Positions 39,101 through 53,600 of a DNA stretch of 64,000 bases are shown here, in pieces. The stretch spans positions 544,001 through 608,000 of the forward strand of contig CAWFSF010000006.1 of assembly GCA_963818475.1 (NCBI GenBank), in the 5' to 3' direction. The position numbers and the translations under genes are program-made. Position 1 is the first letter of the stretch, and the number at the start of each line of letters is the position of its first letter. The DNA comes from Nitrospirota bacterium. GTDB taxonomy: Bacteria > Nitrospirota > UBA9217. Below the pieces are notes generated by a model. The model had not been told where the DNA came from and searched no databases. It saw only the letters and a list, made by a program, of their open reading frames with translations.

Positions 39101-42100
39101 CGTCACGCTCTCGCTGGGCGCGTCGGACGCAGGCGGCCTTAAACTCGCGGAAGTGACCGTGAACAGCGCCTCGCTCTGGTCGTACACGCTGAACTCCGAA
39201 TTCAACACATCGAACTCGATTTCTTTCACTCTCTCCCCGGACCTTGCATCAGGCAGCGTGGTGAACCTTCAGGCACGCGCATACGATACAGCCGGGAACA
39301 TCGGCACGACGACTGCCCAGATACAGGTCAATCAGGGGCCGACCGGACCTGGATACATCCAGGGCGAGGTGTACGACGACAGTAAGGGCTTACGACTTTC
39401 AGGGGCAAAGATCTCTATTTATCCTGTGAGTTCGGCGACCTCTGCGGCGGAACTATCGACCCAGGATGACGGAGGATATTTCACCGAAGCTCCCAAAGGC
39501 GATTATCTCATCACCCTGTCAAAAGCGGGTTTTACTCCTGTTGAGCGCATCGTGAGCGTAACGCCCGAGAAGAAATCCATTGCAGTAGACGCGAGACTCA
39601 CACCGGTGAATGCTGCGCAGCACCTGGTCGACAGCGCTGGTGGAAAAATATCAGCCGCCCTCACACTGTCCTCTGCGCCAACGAACAGCAGCTCCCTCGA
39701 ACTTACGATAGCGGCCGGCGCGTTCACTAATCAGGTTGACCTGCGGGTGACTGCCGTGAGCAACCAGGGACTCATGGGATTATTGCCGATTGGCTGGTCG
39801 CCGATCGGAGTTATTGACATTCGTTCTTTTACCGCAGAGGGCGCGGAGATCACCGGGGGAACGTCATTTGGAGCGCAGGGAGCGGCATTGAGAGTGCCGA
39901 CAGTCTCAGGGATAACCCTCGCGCCGTCTTCAGCGATCACGTTCGTTATATATGACATATCAACGCATCAGTGGATCGTGCAGGCTTCAGGCACGGCAAG
40001 CGCGGACGGGTTGTTCATCAGCGCCCCGATCGGATCAACCGGCCAGTATGCATTGGTCTTGCCGGACTCAAACGCCGCTGCAATCCCGGGTTCTCCGCTT
40101 TCACCGCTCAGTTCCACATCCAGTACTCTGAGCTCGACGCCTACGGGAACAGGCAGTGTTGTTCCTGCCGCAGCGCCGCCATCCATCGGTCTCAAGGCAA
40201 TGGGTGAACTGGTTTTATCGCCTGACGCGTCAGCCGGCACGCCTGACGCTTATCTCACCTCCGGCATGATCGTGAACGCCACGGTGACCGAGCGCTTCGA
40301 CCTGTTCTCCGGCGATGCCGTGGCGCCCTCTGATTACGTGCAGGACCTTGTTCTGTACAGACAGCCGTGCATTACGAATTTCAATCCGAATTCCGAATTC
40401 AGCATTCCGAATTCCAGCGATGTGGGTTCCACGTTCCCCGTAACCCCTTCGCGCGAATACACCATCGTGGACCTGCTGATGGGCAAAGTCGGCATCTCCG
40501 TCACGCTGCCCGAGCCCGACGCGAGCGGCACGCTTGTCGGTGTTGACGGCGGCCGCATCCTCGACGCGGACGGGAACGTTATCGCGGTCCCGGCAGGTGC
40601 GCTCGCCCAGACCGTGCCGATCCAGACCAAGACCGTGCCTGCGTCGACGCTGACCGGGATCGTGGGACCGGATTTCAATCTCCTCCGGGCCATTGATGTG
40701 AACCTGACGGGCCAGACGCTCGCTTCCTCAGCAGAGCTTTCGATCCCCCTGCCCGTCGGCTTCAACGCAAACCTGCCGGTCGTCATTGCCAAGGCCATCG
40801 ACGTACGCGGCGCGCAGAAATTGAAGCTCGTGGCCATTGCGCGGTTATCAGGGTCCCTGATAACCTCCGGTTTAAACGGTGTAAGCGGTTTAAACGGAAT
40901 CTTGACCTCCGGTCAATACTTCTTCCTTCAGGCCAAAGCTCCCCTCGGGTTCGTGAAGGGGACCGTGACCGCGCTCTCGGGAGCGCCCGCCTCATCAGCT
41001 CTCGCAACCATCAGCACCTGCTCGCTTGTCGACCTGACCAATGCGACAGGAAGTTATCTGGTCGCTTCCACGGTAGCTCCATTCAATGTCGCGGCAACGG
41101 ACATTTACAAGAACGACGCGGGTACCGGGGGTGGCGTGATCCTCACGGCGAACCAAACCATTACCGTTGACATTTCGATCATGGTTACGCCGCCGAACGT
41201 GACATCACTCACACCCGGCGACAACGCCGTCAATGTAGAGCCGAATGCAGCCATCGTGATCACCTTCAGCGAGCCCGTGGACAAGGCAACTTTTACAGCT
41301 GCGAATATCACATTGAAAGACAGTGCGGGCACCGTGGTTGACGGAATATTCTCCGTGAACCCCGAAAGCACTGTCGTAACTCTCTATCCCTCGACCCTCC
41401 TCACGTCCGAGGCGCGGTATACGCTGGCCGTCTCGCGGAACATCAAAGACCTTCAGGGCTATACCATGACCGGGGATGTGAACGCCGCCTTCACTACCAG
41501 GGACACCACCCCGCCGCCCATGCCAGCAGCAGGCAGCATCACCGCGACGTTCCCCGATGCCGATGGTTACGTGACGATCACGGCGACCCAGGGTTCTGCC
41601 GAGGTGAGCGGCACGGTGTTGATCATCAATGACAATACCGGAGAGATCGTTGCCATAACACCGAATTCAAATGGTTCCTTTACCGGGAAGATCATGGCCC
41701 AGCTGGGAGACGACATCAAGCTCGTGTCCATGGACGCTGCCGGAAACCAGACCCTCATCTCCTATATAGCAATGAAGAGTCCTGACGGCAAATACCTTGT
41801 TTCCGCAAAAGGCGGCATCGTCGAAGGCGAGGGCGGCACCAAACTCATCATTCCCGAAGGGGCGCTCGACGGCCCCACGGTCATCAAGATCACGCCGGTG
41901 ACCGAGGACCAGCTTCCGCAGCCCGTACCCGAGAACGCCGGGTTCCTGGCTGCGGTAAACATCGACGCCGGAGGAGCAACGTTCAAGAAACCGGTGAAGT
42001 TGTCCGTTCCCGCGCCAACGAGGATCGCGGATATCCCGGCAGGCAGTATGCCTTTTGTGAGCCAGCCCTCTGAGCTGGTGAATGCCGACGGCACGATAGA

Positions 42101-45100
42101 GAAGGTCTACGTGGTCCACGACAGCGCCAAGGTGATCGACGGCAGGCTCACCACGGCCAGTCCGCCTTTTTACGGCATTGGTCTCGGCGGATATTTTGTT
42201 TTCGAATTCCCCTATTTTACGGTCGGCATCGTGGATGGCTATACGTACCGCGATATGGACGGTGTCTATGGTTACAAACCGGAGAATGGGGATCTCCCGG
42301 TCAAGAACGCTGTGATCCGGACGCCTGCTGCCTGGCACCATATTACCTACTCTCGGGAAAACGGCTTCTATGCGGCCTTTGCCGAGATCATCGGCAATGT
42401 GCCGGGCATGCCCGACCTGGAATTCAAGTTGACGGCCATCCATCCGTTAACGATGAAGCGCGTGGACATAACGTCTATTCTCAATGCTGAAAATAATATT
42501 GTCCACCTGCAGAACATCAAACTCGCCGGTCAGAGCGATATGCCGCCGGATACAGTGCCTCCGGCCATCAGTTTCAATCTGCAGGTAGCGCCGAACAGCG
42601 CACAGGACGCGAGCCATCAGAATGCCCGGTTCATGGCAGGCACCATATCGATCGGCACGAACCTTTTGACCTCGATCAGCATTATTGATCGGGACGTCGT
42701 GTCACCGACCTTGACGATCACCTGCAGCGGTGCGTGCACCCAGTCTCAGTATTCAGCAGTGCCGACCGTGACCGCGAGCACGGTGTACACGCCTGTCAGC
42801 CAGGAGAACATGGTCGCAACAACGAAGTTTACTTATGCGCCTAACTTCGACTCCGCTATAAGCTCGAACGGAACATTCTTCACCCCCTCCGGAGCGGCCA
42901 CGTACACGCTTACTCTCGAAGCGTCCGATTCTGCAGGCAATCACAGCAGCAGAAGCCTCACCGTCCGCGCTGTTGACCCGGCATCCGTACCTACCGACGG
43001 AGTCAATGGCCGGCCCATCGTGGATGAAATCATCCCGACGGACAATTCGGGAGGCGTCAATGTCGATGCCAAGGTCGAGATCACCTTCAGCGAAATGATG
43101 CAGGAGAGCACCATCAACAACAACACTGTCTCGCTGACCAACCTCGCGACGGGCCTTAGTGAGCCAGTATCGATCGAGTTTGCCGTAGAAGGCAGCCGGA
43201 TGAAGACCATACTGCGGCCTCTGCATCTTTTGAATTTCGATACAACCTATGAAAGTCCTCGTGACACAAGGTGTCCGTGATCTTTTCCCGAATACGTCGC
43301 AGCCGGCAGGCCAGGTTGATGCGAACGGCACTATGGCACTGGATCATGATTATTACGCGGAATTCACGACCAAAGCGCCCCAGGCCTTCGACATCACCCA
43401 ATTGCCGGGCGATACCCCCCCATTCACGGGCAGCCGCGACATCGCGCTCTATACTACGACCGTCAACGATTCGGCCACGGGTACGGAAGAAGAGCGCACC
43501 TATGCCTATGTGCTGACCAGCGCCAACGGCTGGAGGGTCGTGGATGTCACCGATCCCACTAATGCCAGGGTTGTTTACAGTAATCCCTGGGGGCAAAACC
43601 AGGTCGGTCTGCGGAATGTGGCCGTAGACGAGGACCTAAAGATCATGGCCATGACCGAGCTCATCCGACAGACTGAGTTCACCGGTATGATCCGGTTCTA
43701 CGATCTCGCTTCCAACCCGGAGGCACCCCCTATCGTCGGCCATGAGTGGCTTGCGGAAGGTTCCAGCGGAGTGCCCGGCAGGATCGCAATGTCCGGGGGT
43801 TATGCCTACATTGCCACCGGCATGGTCGGCATCCAGGTCGTGGACATCAACGCGACCAGGTCGCTAGCCAGCAGGCCTCATGGAGATGCCATCGTGGGCG
43901 GCCTGCCGACTGTGGACCTGGGCTACGGAAGCCCGCTCGACATCGTCATTCATCGGGCCGGCAAGGGGCTCTTGACCACGACCACGGGATATCTGCTGAC
44001 ACTCGATATCAATCCCACGCAGCCGCAGATCCTGAAACCATACAAACCCGCAGGATTCAGCGCCTGGCGCGTGGCCGCAGCCTCTGACTTCGAATACATC
44101 GACGATCAGGGCAACACCCAGACCATGGACCTGGCGATCGTGAACGGCTTCGAGGGAAAGATCAGCACTGTCGATATCACCGACCCCTACAACCCGCAGC
44201 ACTACACGGTCAAGAACGACGCGGGCGTCGACCGCACCGACTTTTACGTCACTGATATCGTCATAAGCAAAAAAACGCGCCTTGCCTATGCCGCAGCAGG
44301 CGCATCCGTCCTCATCTTCGACCTGTCCAACCCCCGCATTCCCCGTCTGCTCGGGACGATCACGAGTGCTCCCACCGGGGGAGGGACGGGCGATACTTTG
44401 CTCGGCTACTCGATGGCTTTGATCGAGAAGGATGGGTGGGTGTATTTGGCAAACAGTGATCGCGGAATGAGATTGTTGAACCTCACCGCTTTGCAGATCG
44501 AGGTAGATCCGAAATACATCATGCTTGACAACACCGGAAAGCCGGACACGACCAAAATCACCTATCGGCTCAGCCCACCGGATTATCAAGCAGCACCGGC
44601 AAAGGTTGTAGTTTACAAGGACGGAGTGGAATACAAGTCCATCCCTACGGCGGATATCGGTGGCGATGCTGCTACATTTGCGCAATCAGGAGAGTTATTC
44701 GACCTGAATAGTACCTATTATGCGCAAGTCGTGGTAAATGCAGGAATGATCGGAGCCAACGGAGAGAAACGAAGCCAAATCATACCGTTCCTCAAGGAAC
44801 CGCCGCTGGTAACGGATTACAACAGAGACAGAAAAATCGACAACGCGGACATGATGCGTGCAGCCAAGCAGGACACGTTTTATTTCTGGACAGGCTATTG
44901 GGGTGCGGCTGTTAATGGAACAAACGATCTGACTAATTATTTCCCTGTTTATCTTAATATTAAAGATTTGCTAAATATATACGATCCGGGAAAATTTACC
45001 TATCAATTGAAGTCAGCAAACCAAAACTTGATGTTTTTATTTACTGACCTGACTCCAAACACATCTGGAAATTACCTAACTGGCAACGCAACTAGCCTTG

Positions 45101-46542
45101 ATCAGGCTACGTCACTTGCTTACGCTTTCACGTACTCAATACCCAATATCGGACTTGTACTGAATAATAATGCGGCAAACCCCTCATTTTTACAACAGAT
45201 CAGGGATAATGGAAAAGGAATCATTTTAGTTAAAGGCACGTCAGCAGGCAATGCCCCTCTTGTTCTTGAAATTATCGACACGCAAACACATGCGCTGGTA
45301 TTTTTCTCGAATTTGAATATTAGCTTGGCGAGTGTTGAACAAATGTTTCGGCAAAAAAATCTTGTCAATCAAGGTGGGGGGCCTCTTCCCAATAGTGATC
45401 CGACTATGGGCGAAAAAGATCGTTTGAGTGAGCCCCTGAATTATCCTGACAAAGAATGCACCGGTGATCCTTCGGGTAACGGTAAGAATTTCGTTTTTGT
45501 TCACGGCTACAATGTCAATCCTCAGGAGGCCAGAGAATGGCATGCTGAAATGTTCAAGCGGCTGTTCTGGTCGGGGTCGAGAGCAAAATTCTGGGGAGTT
45601 ACATGGTATGGGTACGAGTCTCAAGTAGCAGGATATTGTCCAGAATATCATAATAACGTTGTGCATGCATTCGCAACATCTTCAGTGTTGGCGAATTTCC
45701 TGGCGCCTCTACAGGGCGAAATTACCATTGCGGCACATAGTTTGGGAAACGTGGTTGTAAGTTCAGCAATCGATCACGGCGCGAACGTGAAAAACTATTT
45801 TCTACTCAATGCAGCTGTTCCAGTGGAGGCTTTCTATGCAGGAGAGCCTGAATCGTCTGATATGTACCAGTTTGACTGGACAAACAATCCGTATGACCAT
45901 TTCCTTTGGGCAACAGAGTGGCATCGTCTGTTTTATGTGCCAGGAGCGCAGAATTTGGACGAGAGATCCAAACTGACCTGGAGAAATCGGTTTGCAAATG
46001 GAAACTCTGTTAGTTATTTTGATTTCTTTTCTCCCGGCGATGATGTATTAACTAGCATTTTTGCCATTCAAGAGAAAATGAAAGGTTCTACTGGTATCGA
46101 TGGATATAATGGGAGAAATTATGGGGGATGGGGCTTTAATTTCGCTGACTACTACGAAACTTATACAACTGGTGGCGGCGGATTAATGCTCTATGATAAG
46201 GCAAATACTTTAGATCCTGCCATCTTGAAAACGAAACCATTCTTCAAGAAAGACGGGCTAATTGATGCGGTTCTCATTCCAGGTCCGTCAGGCAGTGATG
46301 CTGCAAAAAACAATAGAGATCGTATGCTTGCTGAATCTTTCCCAGCGCTAACTCCAGCGGTCGGAACGAAGGGCGTTGGTTCTTTCCCTCAGAATTATAA
46401 TTTTAACATGCAAACGAATTTTGAGACTAACAATCAGTGGCCTCGATCTGATAATAAATGGCGGCATAGCGACATGAAGAATGTGCCCTATCTTTACGTG
46501 TATACTCTATTTGATAAATTTGTTAAGCTCGGAGGATTGTAG
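36126..46542 (+). CDS. Giant secreted Ig-repeat protein (about 3470 aa) with C-terminal alpha/beta-hydrolase domain; +1 frameshift near 43252
   Basis: N-terminal hydrophobic signal; many DT.AP.I.I..P...L.EG.N.I.V.A.D.AGN Ig repeats; LVIVD-like repeats; FVHGYN (45496) and AHSLG (45733); removing one A in GAAAGTC restores TTYEVLVTQGVRD. Confidence 0.8.
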
Positions 46543-46544
46543 CC

Positions 46545-47531
46545 ATGATACGAACCATTCCTTTAACTTTAACGTTCATGCTCATTTTTATTTTAATGAC
46601 AACCACTTCACACGCTAAGACGGAAATGGCAACAGCAGACTCAAAAATAAATTTCAAGATAGTTGATGAAGATGGAATCCCTGTTGAATTGGCCGACGTT
46701 GGAGTTGGATATATAATTTTGTCTTGGGGAATCAATAATAAAACCTTCGATGTAAAAGGTTATTCAGACGCAAATGGTTATTTTACTGCATATGCAAACG
46801 CTAGTGCGAAGATAGGTTTTACAGTTAAGAAAGAGGGTTATTACAGATCTTTTGGTCAATTTGAGTATAAGGAAATTAAGGATGGTAATTGGGAGCCAAG
46901 AAATCCAGAATTAATAGTAGTTTTGAGGAAAATAGTTAACCCTGTGCCGATGTATGCGCGAGATACAACAAAATCAGACTTGGAAATACCTGTAATAGGC
47001 AAGGAAATTGGTTTTGATCTTGTAGAATACGACTGGATAGCACCTTACGGCAAAGGCAAACATGCTGACCTTATCTTTAAAATTGATAAGCGATTTGCGA
47101 ACAATTATGATTTTGACACTACGTTAACAATTACTTTTTTAAATAAATTTGATGGGATTCAGCTTTTTAAAGAGGATCGTAGGAAAAATGGTAGCGAATT
47201 CAAATTACTTCGTACAGCTCCAGAAAAAGGATATCAGCACAAGTTAGTGCGCAATATCAGAAGTTCATCAGATAAACGCATTGAAAATGACTGTAGTGAT
47301 GATGATAATTATTTCTTTCGAATTCGATCAAAAGTGCTAAATGGGAAATTAGTGCAGGCCATGTACGGAAAAATTCAGGGAGGGATATGTCCTGAGCCAA
47401 GAAATTCGAAAAGTGCCCGAATCCTGTTCGCCTATTTTTTAAATCCTGATTATACGCGAAACCTTGAATACCGTCCTGGTGAAAACCTATTTAAAGATTT
47501 GCCAAGCACTGAACGAGTTGGGCTAGAATAG
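46545..47531 (+). CDS. AT-rich exported protein, candidate immunity protein
   Basis: Signal peptide MIRTIPLTLTFMLIFILMTTTSHA; starts 2 nt after the hydrolase-tipped gene; shares the tip's AT-rich composition. Confidence 0.6.
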   Translation: MIRTIPLTLTFMLIFILMTTTSHAKTEMATADSKINFKIVDEDGIPVELADVGVGYIILSWGINNKTFDVKGYSDANGYFTAYANASAKIGFTVKKEGYYRSFGQFEYKEIKDGNWEPRNPELIVVLRKIVNPVPMYARDTTKSDLEIPVIGKEIGFDLVEYDWIAPYGKGKHADLIFKIDKRFANNYDFDTTLTITFLNKFDGIQLFKEDRRKNGSEFKLLRTAPEKGYQHKLVRNIRSSSDKRIENDCSDDDNYFFRIRSKVLNGKLVQAMYGKIQGGICPEPRNSKSARILFAYFLNPDYTRNLEYRPGENLFKDLPSTERVGLE

Positions 47532-47698
47532 CGAGAGAAGTAATGAGGAACCATAACACTAACTGAGTGACGTTGTAGATTCTATATTGATTCAGACCCA
47601 TAGGGGAAAATTGTAGTTGAAGTTGCGTTGCGGATTTCTATGCGAGCTCGATTCCTTGGTTGGTTGAAAGGGTCAAGGCAATGATAGACAAAGGACCT

Positions 47699-50600
47699 AT
47701 GAAGAAACTTCTTTATATATTGTTAGCAGTGCTCCTGGCCTCAAGCCTTTGTGGCGTTTCGTTCGCCCAGCAGACCCCGACCCCCATCGCGAACATGACC
47801 TTCTCGATCGTGGGTATGACCATGCAGGCGGGTCCGGAGTACCAGGCCGTGCCCAAGGGCATCGCCTCCCAGGTGAACACGGGCTTTGAGAGCAATGGTG
47901 AGCCCATCTCCGCCGAACTTGCCGCCATGCTGCCGAAGGACTTCAAGGTCCAGGCTGAACTCACGGGCCCGACCTATGCTACGCCCCTTACGCTCACGAC
48001 CACGCCGGGCCAGCCTTTCCCCCTTCCGACGTTCCCCATGCTCGGCAAATATTCGCTTTCGAACATCCGGGTCGTGGACGGCGCAGGCAAGGCCTTCATG
48101 GCGGCCACGCCCCAGAGCGTGACCATCGAATCCATCAGCGACCCGCTCATCACAAGCGTGACCACCCGTCCGCTGACGCTCCAGGAGATCCAGGACCGGG
48201 GCGTGGTGGTGGACAGCACCAACTTTACGGTCTACGAGTTCACGGCTGCCATCGGCACCGAGAGCAACCAGCAGCCGCTCAACTTCCCCGTGCTCATCCC
48301 GAACCAGACCCAGGCCCAGAACGTCCAGGACCTCCCTCCGCCCACGGAGATCGGCCTGACTGAGCAGGAAGTGAACGTGCTCCCGCCCAATCTGAATCTG
48401 CCGGAGAACATCAGTATCTCCGGTTTCGTGATGGCCGCGGACGACGAGATGATGGATAAACTGGGAGGGTATGCGCTGCCTCCGATCCCGGGCGTCATCA
48501 TCATTCCGAACAACATCGGTTTTCTGAACCAGTACTTCAGCGCTCTCCTCATGGTGACGAACGGAGCGCCGGGCGCATCGAACCTTGTCGTGAAGGACCT
48601 GAAGGGTACCATTATCATGCCTGTCGGCGAGGACCAGACGCCGGGAACGGATGCAGCTCCCGGAGACGATCCGCTCCGCATGGCAAAGGGCGCGGACGCC
48701 TACTTCCCGAGGACCGCGGCGGTGATCAACGCAGGACCGGACGGCAAGATCGGCACCAGCGATGACACCGGTCTGCTTCGCCCCGCGGAAAGCGGCCAGG
48801 CGGATTTCACGATCGAAGGTCGCAGGGAAGGTACGCATAAGATCGATTTCAATATATCCGCGACCCTGGAGGGTCTTCCTATCGGGCCGATCACAATCAC
48901 GGGCAAGGCGACCGGCGCGGTCCTCGTCCGCAACCCGGACTTCAGCATCACTCTGGGACACCCCGCAACGGTGCGGGCAGGCGAGGAGTACGATCTTTTC
49001 ATCACCATCACCAATACGTCAAAGTCCATCGCGAACCTGGTGTCCACGCACATGGACCCTCGCGCTCTTTCGGGCGCCGTGATGGTTGCGGGCGAGGACC
49101 CGGACAAGCGGATCGATACGATCCTGCCCGGCTCGTCGGCAACGGTCAAGTACCGGCTCCTGTCGCAGCGCACGGGCAAAGTGACAGCCACGGCTTTTGT
49201 GGCTGACCCCAATGTGACCGGCAGGTTCGTGCTCCGCGTGGGTGTGGGAGAACTGGGCATCCCGCTTTCGCCGGATTCCCTGATCATCCCCTATACGGGC
49301 AGTTTGCCGCAGAACATCGTGGATGCGGCAGTGGGGCTCCTGGGCCAGGCATGGAGCGTTGCAACGGCGCCGACCGGCGCGCTTCCCTCCGATGTGCTGC
49401 CCATTAGCAGGCAGACCATCGTTTCCCGGGCGAACGATCTGTCCGAGGCGGGCCTCCGGATCCTCTACGGCGAGCAGGCGGTGAAGGCTGTGGAAGATCT
49501 GGCCTTCGATTTCATCGGCTCCGATAACGCCAATGTCGGTTTAGACAGTCTCAGAAGGAGATCGACCCAGGGCCAAAGCCTGAATGCGGCCATAGCAGGC
49601 GTGTTACAGTCAGAGGTCCAGTCTGTCGGGGCAATGGTGTTCCAGTCCGGTTTTGCGGATCTGATGACCTACCGGCCCGGCCATCTGTCGGTGATCACGA
49701 CCGAGGCGCCGGTCTTTGTGCAGGTGACCGAAGCAGGAGGAAAACGGGTCGGCGCGCTGGGGACCGGTGACCTCTACCGGGAAATATCCTATGCCGATCA
49801 ATTGACCTTGACCGAAGGTACGAACGGCCAGGGGCAGGGGACAAGAAGCACCTTGTCGCTGATAACAAAACTGGGGTCCGCAAGCTACCGGCTCGATGTC
49901 AAGGCTGCGGCTGATGCTTCCTTTGATATTGGTATTGTCGTACCGGGTGCGTCCACACTCCGGCAGGTTCGTTTCAGTAATCTATCACTTGCCGCGGAAA
50001 GCAATGCCTGGGTGGAACTCCTGCCGGGTACGGATACGGAGTATGTCCTGAATATCGACGTAAACGGTGACGGTGTTGCTGACCAGTCCGTTGTTTCCTC
50101 GATCTCGACCATTTTGGACCCGGGACCGCGGGTCGTTGCAGCCACCCAGATGACCCCGCTCGTTGGACCGGGAGGGGACAAGCACGGCCGGAACGTGGCA
50201 GTGCTCTTCTCGGAGCGCGTGAACAAGCTTGCTGCGGAGGACCTTGCAAACTATGCCGTGGAGGAGAATGCCGCCAGGCTCGTCAAGCTTCAGCCCAGCG
50301 GCAGGATGGCATTCGTTCTTCTTCGCGACGGCATCGGGCCCTTCTTCGGAAGTGCGGGTTCTGATGGGAAGTTCTACGGCAGGGCGATCACGGTATCGGG
50401 CCTGACCGACCGCCTTGGAAAGGCGATGGATGCTCCAGAGACCAGACCCATCGTGATCACGGCCATTGGACCTGCGGCGGTCGTATCGGGAACAGTGCGC
50501 ACTGCCCAGGGAACGCCCATTTCAGACGCCAGGATCCGGCTGCTCCAGCCGGTCTGGGTCGAACGTTATTTTGTGCGGGAGATCGAGTACCTTATTTTCA

Positions 50601-53600
50601 GCGAAAAACCGGTGAATGCCGATGGCACCTACCGTTTCGAATATGTTTTCAGGAATGACGATCCCGCCGGACCCTTCATGATCGAGGCGGTGAACGCGGC
50701 AACGAACGAAGCGGGCCAGATCACGGCAGCGGTCCAGGCGCATGGTCAGCGGCTTTCTCTCGATATTTTCATGAAGGCCAAGGGAAATGTGACCGGCGCA
50801 GTGCTTGACGAAAGCGGCAATGCGGTCGCCGGCGCCACGGTCCAGCTGGACACGCTGAACGACAGCCGGCAGTATTTCACCACGACCGACGCCACCGGCT
50901 CATTCTCGTTCTTGAATGTCCGGGTAGGCGCGTTCCGGCTAAAAGCGGTGAGCGTCGCCCTGTATGCCGAAGGGTTGATCATGGGCACGCTGTCCGAAGA
51001 CGGCGGCAATACTGTCCAGAACATAACGATCTACAAAGTTGCCGGTATTGCAAAGGGCGACGTGGCAGGCAAAGTGCTCGGCACGGACGGCAACCCCCGC
51101 TCCGGGGTGGTCGTCATTGTGCGAAGCGGTGAGCGCTATCAGAACTGGATGCGGAGCGGTCCTGACGGGAGCTTCAGCTTCACGGGTGTGACAGCCGGCA
51201 ATCTTACTCTGGATGCGCGGGACGATGCCACCGGTGAAACCGCCCGGGTGAGCGGGACCCTGGTTGAGAACACGACCGCAGTGTTCAACGTGCTCCTGAA
51301 AGGTATTGGCGCGTTCGAATGCCGGGTCATCCGTGAGGACGGGCTCTCGCTTGAGGGTTTTACCGTTATCGCGGAAGTGGGCTATACCAAGCAGGCCGCG
51401 CTCACAGATGCCAGCGGCATAGCCAGGTTCCAAAATATGCCGGTTGGCGACATCCGGGCGTCTCTCCCCGATCCTCGTAATCCCTCCGCGTCACCATTGG
51501 CTCAGGGCACGACGGTGCTCCAGGCGGCGGATGAGACAGCGTTCATAACGCTGTTCATTCCCTTTAAGGCAATGGCAACGGGAGGTATCCAGGGGAGCGT
51601 TTACCGGAGGACTGGCGAGATCTGGCCGAACGCAGAGGTGCGGCTTGTTACCGATCTTATGAGTCTCAAGTATAAACCCTACCGCTCAGATGCTCAGGGC
51701 CGCTTTGTGATCCCTGATCCGGACCCGACAAAGAACGACATTCTGCCGCTGGGCACCTATTATCTGATCGCTCGAGATGGAGCGGAGATCGCCAATGCCC
51801 ACGTTTCCCTCTGGTACGACGGACAGGTCAAGACGCAGGACCTCAGCGCCGCAGGCATGGGCTCCGTCAAGGGAACTATTTACGACCAAACGGGCGTGGA
51901 CCAGAACAACAACCCGGTGCTGATGCCGGCAGGCGCCGATGTGCTGCTCTTTTCCGTGAAGCCCTCTCTCGTGGGGTGGCTCCAGTTCGACTCAAGCACG
52001 CCAACAGCGGTCAAGAGCGATCCTCAGACGGGAAAATATTCCATTCCCGGCGTCTATGCAGGCAACGTCTCTGTCAGGGCATCCAATATATTCAAGCCTA
52101 CGCAGGTTCTCGCAAACGGGTCATTGACGCAGAACGGGCAGGCAGTGACGCTCGATCTGACGCTCAAAGACACGTTCGGTTCCATATCAGGCCACGTACT
52201 CCTTCCGGACGGATCGCCCGCTGGGCCGGGTATCGGCGTGACGATTACCTACGGCAATCCACCGGCGACGGTGACCGTCAGGACCGGAGACTCAGGCGAG
52301 TTCCAGTTCAGACCGGTTGTTCCCGCGGGAAGCTACCGCGTGCTTGTGGAAGACCCCATTTCGACCTTGAAGGCACAAACTTACGTTGCTGTTCCCGCTG
52401 GCAAGGACGTTCCCGTGGATATCCGGCTTCTGGGCAGGGGAGCGGTCATCGTGAATGTTGTTGATGCTGCGGGAGCCGTGGTATCTGGAGCAGAGATAAC
52501 GGTGAGCGGTTCCGGGTTCCCGCAGGATACCGCGGCAGGCACGACGGACCAGAGCGGATCGGCGGTGTTCCTCAATCTTACGGAGGGGAGTTATGCCGTT
52601 TCTGCGAAGGACGGCAATAACCTCGGCGGCAGGGCGCAGGGGAGCATCCCGGCAGACAACGCTTCGGTCACCGTGACCGTAACGCTTGCGCCGTCCGGCA
52701 CGGTGATCGGCCGGTTCCTCAAAGCCGACAACGCCACCCTCATTGCCGGAGGCCAGGTTAAGCTCATGAATTCCTCGCGGCAGGTTATCGCCTACAGTTC
52801 CAGTTCGTCCGAACCGGCGAATCCCGGCGTGTTCCGCTTCGAGTACGTGCCTTTGGGAGATTTTATCCTTGAAGGTTTTGATCCGCTTACGGACCGGAAA
52901 GGGATCGGCGGCGCTAGATTGACGTTCAACGGCCAGACCGTATCCGCGGATATCACGGTAACACCGCAGGGCGTGGTCAAGGGCACGGTATTGAACAACG
53001 CAGGCACGTCGCCCGTGGACGGGGCGCTGGTTTCCATCTCGGTAACCGGTGTGAGCACCTGGGCGTATAGCACGGTTACGGCGCCAGACGGCGGCTATCT
53101 GTTCGCCGGCGTTCCTGCCGGTAAGTTCACCATCAGCGTTACTGACCCCGCAACGAACCTCCGCGGCAGCGCCGCAGGAACGATCTCCTCCGAAAACGAG
53201 ATCGCTCGGGCCGATGTCAGGCTTCAGGCGAGCGGCGGCATTCAGGGCACGGTGTATCTGCCCGACGGCGTCACCCCCGCGCAGAACGTGGTCGTTTCCG
53301 TGACGCCGGGTTCGAAGACCGTCCAGACAAACGCGCAGGGATCCTTCGGATTCACCGGCCTTGTCGCGGGCGTTACCTATTCAATAACGGCAAGCGAGTT
53401 GGGAACTCACCGGGTTAGAAGGACGTCCGCTGTCATTACCTATGAAGGAGAAGTCGCCCAAGCGGACGTAACGCTGTACGGAGTAGGAACGGTGGAAGGC
53501 CTTGTTTACGATTCCGACGGCACGACAGTGCTGACGGGAGCAAAAGTGGACCTGCAGGCTTACGGGATCGGCAGCATTACCTCCCTTTCCGTCACCGTAT